64,000 nucleotides of DNA, from NCBI GenBank assembly GCA_963760885.1, contig CAVXEY010000008.1, forward strand, positions 255,022 to 319,021. Reading direction: 5' to 3'. The position numbers were made by a program, and so were the translations under genes. The first letter of the stretch is position 1, and each line of letters begins with the position of its first letter. The stretch is from an uncultured delta proteobacterium. Lineage in GTDB: Bacteria > Desulfobacterota > Deferrimicrobia > Deferrimicrobiales > Deferrimicrobiaceae. The notes below the pieces were generated by a model. It saw nothing but the letters and a program-made list of their open reading frames with translations, did not search any database and was not told the DNA's origin. Shown piece by piece: positions 60,964 through 64,000 of this stretch.

Positions 60964-61938
60964 TTAATACGCGGCGAGTTTCCGGATCGCCTCGGTGATC
61001 TTCTCCTGGTTCGGCAGGACGTAGTCCTCGAGCGCCGGGGCGAACGGGGTGTGGACATCCCGCGACGCCAGCCGCATGACCGGCCCGTCCAGCTCCTCGA
61101 AGCAGTCCTGCGCGATCCGCGCGGCGACCTCCCCCCCGACTCCCCCGGTCAGGCGCGCCTCGTGGACGATCAGGACCTTTCCCGTCTTCCGGACGGAACC
61201 CTTCACCGTCGTCCAGTCGATCGGGAGGAGGGTGCGCAGGTCGATCACCTCGATGTCCACCTCCGCGGCCATGTCCCGCGCCGCTTTCATCACCGCGTGA
61301 ACCGGAGAACCGTAGGTGATGACGGTGAGGTCGCGCCCTTCCTTGCGCAGCGCCGCCTTCCCGATGGGGACCAGGTACTCCTCCTCGGGGATCTCTTCCT
61401 TGATCCGCCGGTAGAGGAACTTGTGCTCGAAATAGATCACCGGGTCGTCGTCCCGGATGGCGGACTTGAGCAGCCCCTTCGCGTCGTACGCCGTCGCCGG
61501 GGCCACCACCTTGAGGCCGGGGACGTGGCAGAACCACGCCTCCGGGTTCTGGGAGTGGTACAGGCCGCCGTGGACCCCGCCGCCCGACGGGCCCCGGATC
61601 ACGATCGGGCAGGCCGTCTGCCCTCCGTGCCGGTAGCGCAGCGTAGCGGCCGAGTTCACGATCTGGTCGAAGCCGCAGGAGATGAAGTCGATGAACTGCA
61701 TCTCGAGGATCGGGCGCATCCCCTGGACCGCGAGCCCGACGCCGGCCCCGACGATCAGCGACTCGGAGATGGGCATGTCGACCACCCGGTCGGCGCCGTG
61801 CTTCTCCTGGAGCCCCGCGGACGCCTTGAAGGCGCCGCCCAGCACCCCGACATCCTCCCCCATCAGCAGGACATTCCTGTCCCGCCCCAGCTCCTCGTCC
61901 ATGGCCTGCCGGATCGCCTCGATGTAGGTGACGAGCAT
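60964..61938 (-). CDS. 2-oxoacid dehydrogenase E1 beta subunit (transketolase-like)
   Basis: The family-typical blocks LMGEDVG, PISESLIVGAGVGLA and IRGPSGGG. Confidence 0.9.
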   Translation of the reverse strand: MLVTYIEAIRQAMDEELGRDRNVLLMGEDVGVLGGAFKASAGLQEKHGADRVVDMPISESLIVGAGVGLAVQGMRPILEMQFIDFISCGFDQIVNSAATLRYRHGGQTACPIVIRGPSGGGVHGGLYHSQNPEAWFCHVPGLKVVAPATAYDAKGLLKSAIRDDDPVIYFEHKFLYRRIKEEIPEEEYLVPIGKAALRKEGRDLTVITYGSPVHAVMKAARDMAAEVDIEVIDLRTLLPIDWTTVKGSVRKTGKVLIVHEARLTGGVGGEVAARIAQDCFEELDGPVMRLASRDVHTPFAPALEDYVLPNQEKITEAIRKLAAY

Positions 61939-61940
61939 GG

Positions 61941-62918
61941 TCAGCGGGCCTCCGTGTCGATCGGCATGGCGTACAGGTCTTCCATCGCCTCGGGCCCCTC
62001 CGGAGACGGGCTGGCCTCCGCGAACGCGACCGCCTCCTCAACGATCCGCGACACCTCCTCGGTCGTCTCCTTCTTGATGGCGGCGATGTCGTACTTCCGC
62101 TTCCCGAGATAGTTCTCCCACAGGAAGATCGGGTCCATGCTCTCCCACGTGATGACCTCCTCCTCCGAACGGTAGTCGGCCCGGTCGTGCTCGGAGTGGC
62201 CGTGGTACCGGTACGTCTTGCACTCGACCAGCGTGGGGCCGTCCCCCTTGCGCGCGCGGGCGATCGCCTTCCCGGCCGTCTTCATCACGGCGTGGAGGTC
62301 GTTCCCGCTCACCACCTCGCCCTTGAAGCCGTACCCGGCCGCCCGGTCCGCCACGTTGTCCACGCCGAACTGCAGCTCGTTGGGGGTGGAGTAGGCGTAG
62401 AAATTGTTCTCGCAGACGAAGACCACCGGGAGCTTGTGCACGCCGGCGAAGTTCATCGCCTCGTGGACGTCCCCCCGGCTGCTCGCCCCCTCGCCGAAGA
62501 AGGCGACCGCCACGCGGTCCTCCTTGCGGATCCTGAACTTGTACGCCATCCCCGCCGCGACCGGCAAGGTGGCCGCCAGCATGGAGGTGGCGCCGAAGAT
62601 CCCGTTCGAGAGGTCCCCGCCGTGCAGGTAGGAGTCCTTCCCCTTCGCGAAGCCGTCCCGTTTGCCGAAGATCTGCGCCATCAGCCGCTTCGGGTCGGCC
62701 CCCTTGACGAGAAAGGCGCCCAGGTCCCGGTGCAGCGGGAAGACCCAGTCGTCCCACCGCAGGTCGTGGCAGAATCCCACCGTAACCGCCTCCTGCCCCT
62801 TCCCCGAGTAGACCCCGCCCATGAGCTTCCCCTGCTTGTCCAGCGCGGAGACCCGGTCCTCGAACTCCCGGATGAGGCGGAGCCAGCGGTACAGCTCCCG
62901 GTCTTTCTGCTCGTTCAT
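61941..62918 (-). CDS. 2-oxoacid dehydrogenase E1 alpha subunit (TPP-binding)
   Basis: TPP motif GEGASSRGDVHEAMNFAGVHKLPVVFVCENN and YRYHGHSEHD. Confidence 0.9.
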   Translation of the reverse strand: MNEQKDRELYRWLRLIREFEDRVSALDKQGKLMGGVYSGKGQEAVTVGFCHDLRWDDWVFPLHRDLGAFLVKGADPKRLMAQIFGKRDGFAKGKDSYLHGGDLSNGIFGATSMLAATLPVAAGMAYKFRIRKEDRVAVAFFGEGASSRGDVHEAMNFAGVHKLPVVFVCENNFYAYSTPNELQFGVDNVADRAAGYGFKGEVVSGNDLHAVMKTAGKAIARARKGDGPTLVECKTYRYHGHSEHDRADYRSEEEVITWESMDPIFLWENYLGKRKYDIAAIKKETTEEVSRIVEEAVAFAEASPSPEGPEAMEDLYAMPIDTEAR

Positions 62919-62937
62919 GGCGTCCTCTCGTCGGATG

Positions 62938-64000
62938 TTATAGGTCGATCGCCTCGCCGCCCAGCATGAGCGCCGCCTCCCGGATCGCCTCCGGAAGGGT
63001 GGGGTGCGCGTGGACGGTGCGGCCGATCTCGTGGAACGTCGTCTCGAGGGAACGGGCGAGGGAGAGCTCCGCGATCATGTCCGGCGCGCCGGCGCCGAGG
63101 ATGTGGCAGCCGATCACCTCGCCGTATTCCGCCTCCGCGATCATCTTGACGAACCCCTCGGTGTGCCCGGAGGCGACCGCCTTCCCGAGCGCGGTGAAGG
63201 GGAACTTCGACACCTTGCATTCGATCCCGCGCCGCTTCGCCTCCTCCTCCGACAGGCCGATCGTGGCCACCTCGGGACGGCAGTAGACGCACGCGGGAAT
63301 CTTGTCCGGGTCGGGGCGGCGGACGTCCCTCCCCGCGATCGCCTCGACCGCGACGACGCCTTCCGCGGACGCCTTGTGGGCGAGCATCATCCCGCCGATC
63401 ACGTCGCCGATGGCCCAGATCGTGGGACAGGAGGTTCGGAGCCGGTCGTCGACCTTGACGAAGCCGCGCTCGATCTCGACTCCGCACGCTTCCAGCCCCA
63501 GGTCGGCGGAGAGCGCCTTGCGCCCCACGGCGACGAGGAGATTCTCGGCGGTGAGGGTCTCCTCCTTGCCGCCGGAGGTGACCGTCAACGTCCGGGTCGC
63601 CTTGTCGAATCCCTTCGCCGGGGCGGAGGTCAGCACCCGGATCCCCTGCCTGCCGAGCGCTTTCTCCAGCTCCTTCGCCACCTCGCGGTCGGTCCGCGGG
63701 AGGAGCTGGTCCTCCATCTCCACCACCGTGACCTCGGCGCCGAACGCCCGGTAGACGTAGGCGAACTCCACCCCCACCGCGCCGCCCCCGAGGACGATCA
63801 CGGAGCGAGGAAGCGTCTCGCGCGCGAGGGCGTCGTCGCTGGTCAGGATCACCCGGCCGTCGGGCTCGATTCCCGGCAGCCCCCGCACCGAGGTCCCGGA
63901 GGCCACGAGGATGTTCTTCGCCGAGAGCTCCTCCTCCCCCGCCCGGACGGTAGTGGGCGAGAGCACCGTCGCGCTCGCGGGGAACAGCTCGATCCCGTTC
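62938..64000 (-). CDS. lpd: Dihydrolipoyl dehydrogenase (E3), N-terminus beyond the window edge
   Basis: NAD-binding VIVLGGGAVGVEFA and the C-terminal dimerisation/His-Pro-Glu region HAHPTLPEA. The ORF runs off the 3' end of the window. Confidence 0.9.
   Translation of the reverse strand, partial: NGIELFPASATVLSPTTVRAGEEELSAKNILVASGTSVRGLPGIEPDGRVILTSDDALARETLPRSVIVLGGGAVGVEFAYVYRAFGAEVTVVEMEDQLLPRTDREVAKELEKALGRQGIRVLTSAPAKGFDKATRTLTVTSGGKEETLTAENLLVAVGRKALSADLGLEACGVEIERGFVKVDDRLRTSCPTIWAIGDVIGGMMLAHKASAEGVVAVEAIAGRDVRRPDPDKIPACVYCRPEVATIGLSEEEAKRRGIECKVSKFPFTALGKAVASGHTEGFVKMIAEAEYGEVIGCHILGAGAPDMIAELSLARSLETTFHEIGRTVHAHPTLPEAIREAALMLGGEAIDL

Overview
High-GC (~65-70%) bacterial chromosomal window, gene-dense on both strands, possibly delta-proteobacteria-like (low-confidence guess).

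Gene content in order:
- A 5'-truncated GGDEF-EAL protein, a lone CsgG-like protein, and an intact PAS/hybrid histidine kinase divergent from a complete cbb3 oxidase locus (ccoN, ccoO fused to a cytochrome c domain, an unannotated ccoQ-like small ORF, monoheme ccoP, ccoG, fixH-like, a DsbD_2-like HCxxMCGP membrane protein, ccoI, ccoS).
- A Zn-alcohol dehydrogenase and rlmD, the latter flanked by copies of a repeat element.
- A large (115-kDa-class) NAD-glutamate dehydrogenase convergent with a TAXI-TRAP transporter plus DUF1850.
- sdhCAB and a CbiM-PDGLE fusion.
- A giant cyclic beta-1,2-glucan synthase (ndvB) carrying one frameshift.
- A DUF2339-like membrane protein.
- A small-gene accessory region: two paralogous small proteins with co-duplicated ~150-nt leaders, a secreted mini-protein, a 37-aa Cys-rich peptide, Mn-SOD, and a B12-binding radical SAM/DUF4070 enzyme with a TauE exporter.
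- A UPF0182 membrane protein, ctpA, and an IS3-type transposase remnant.
- Two tandem hybrid histidine-kinase genes, each broken by homopolymer frameshifts.
- tRNA-Leu(GAG) and a 13-heme ImcH-like membrane cytochrome c.
- An operon lpd-E1alpha-E1beta-E2-lipB-lipA-dinB with overlapping start/stop codons.

The most novel-looking signals:
- A previously undescribed MITE-like repeat family (3 copies, TIR ~TTTCACAAGTACGGCAACGT).
- The duplicated small-protein/leader modules heading the Cys-peptide and radical-SAM operons.
- The redistributed-heme cbb3 arrangement.

All product calls rest on motif recognition from the translations; no database searches were run.
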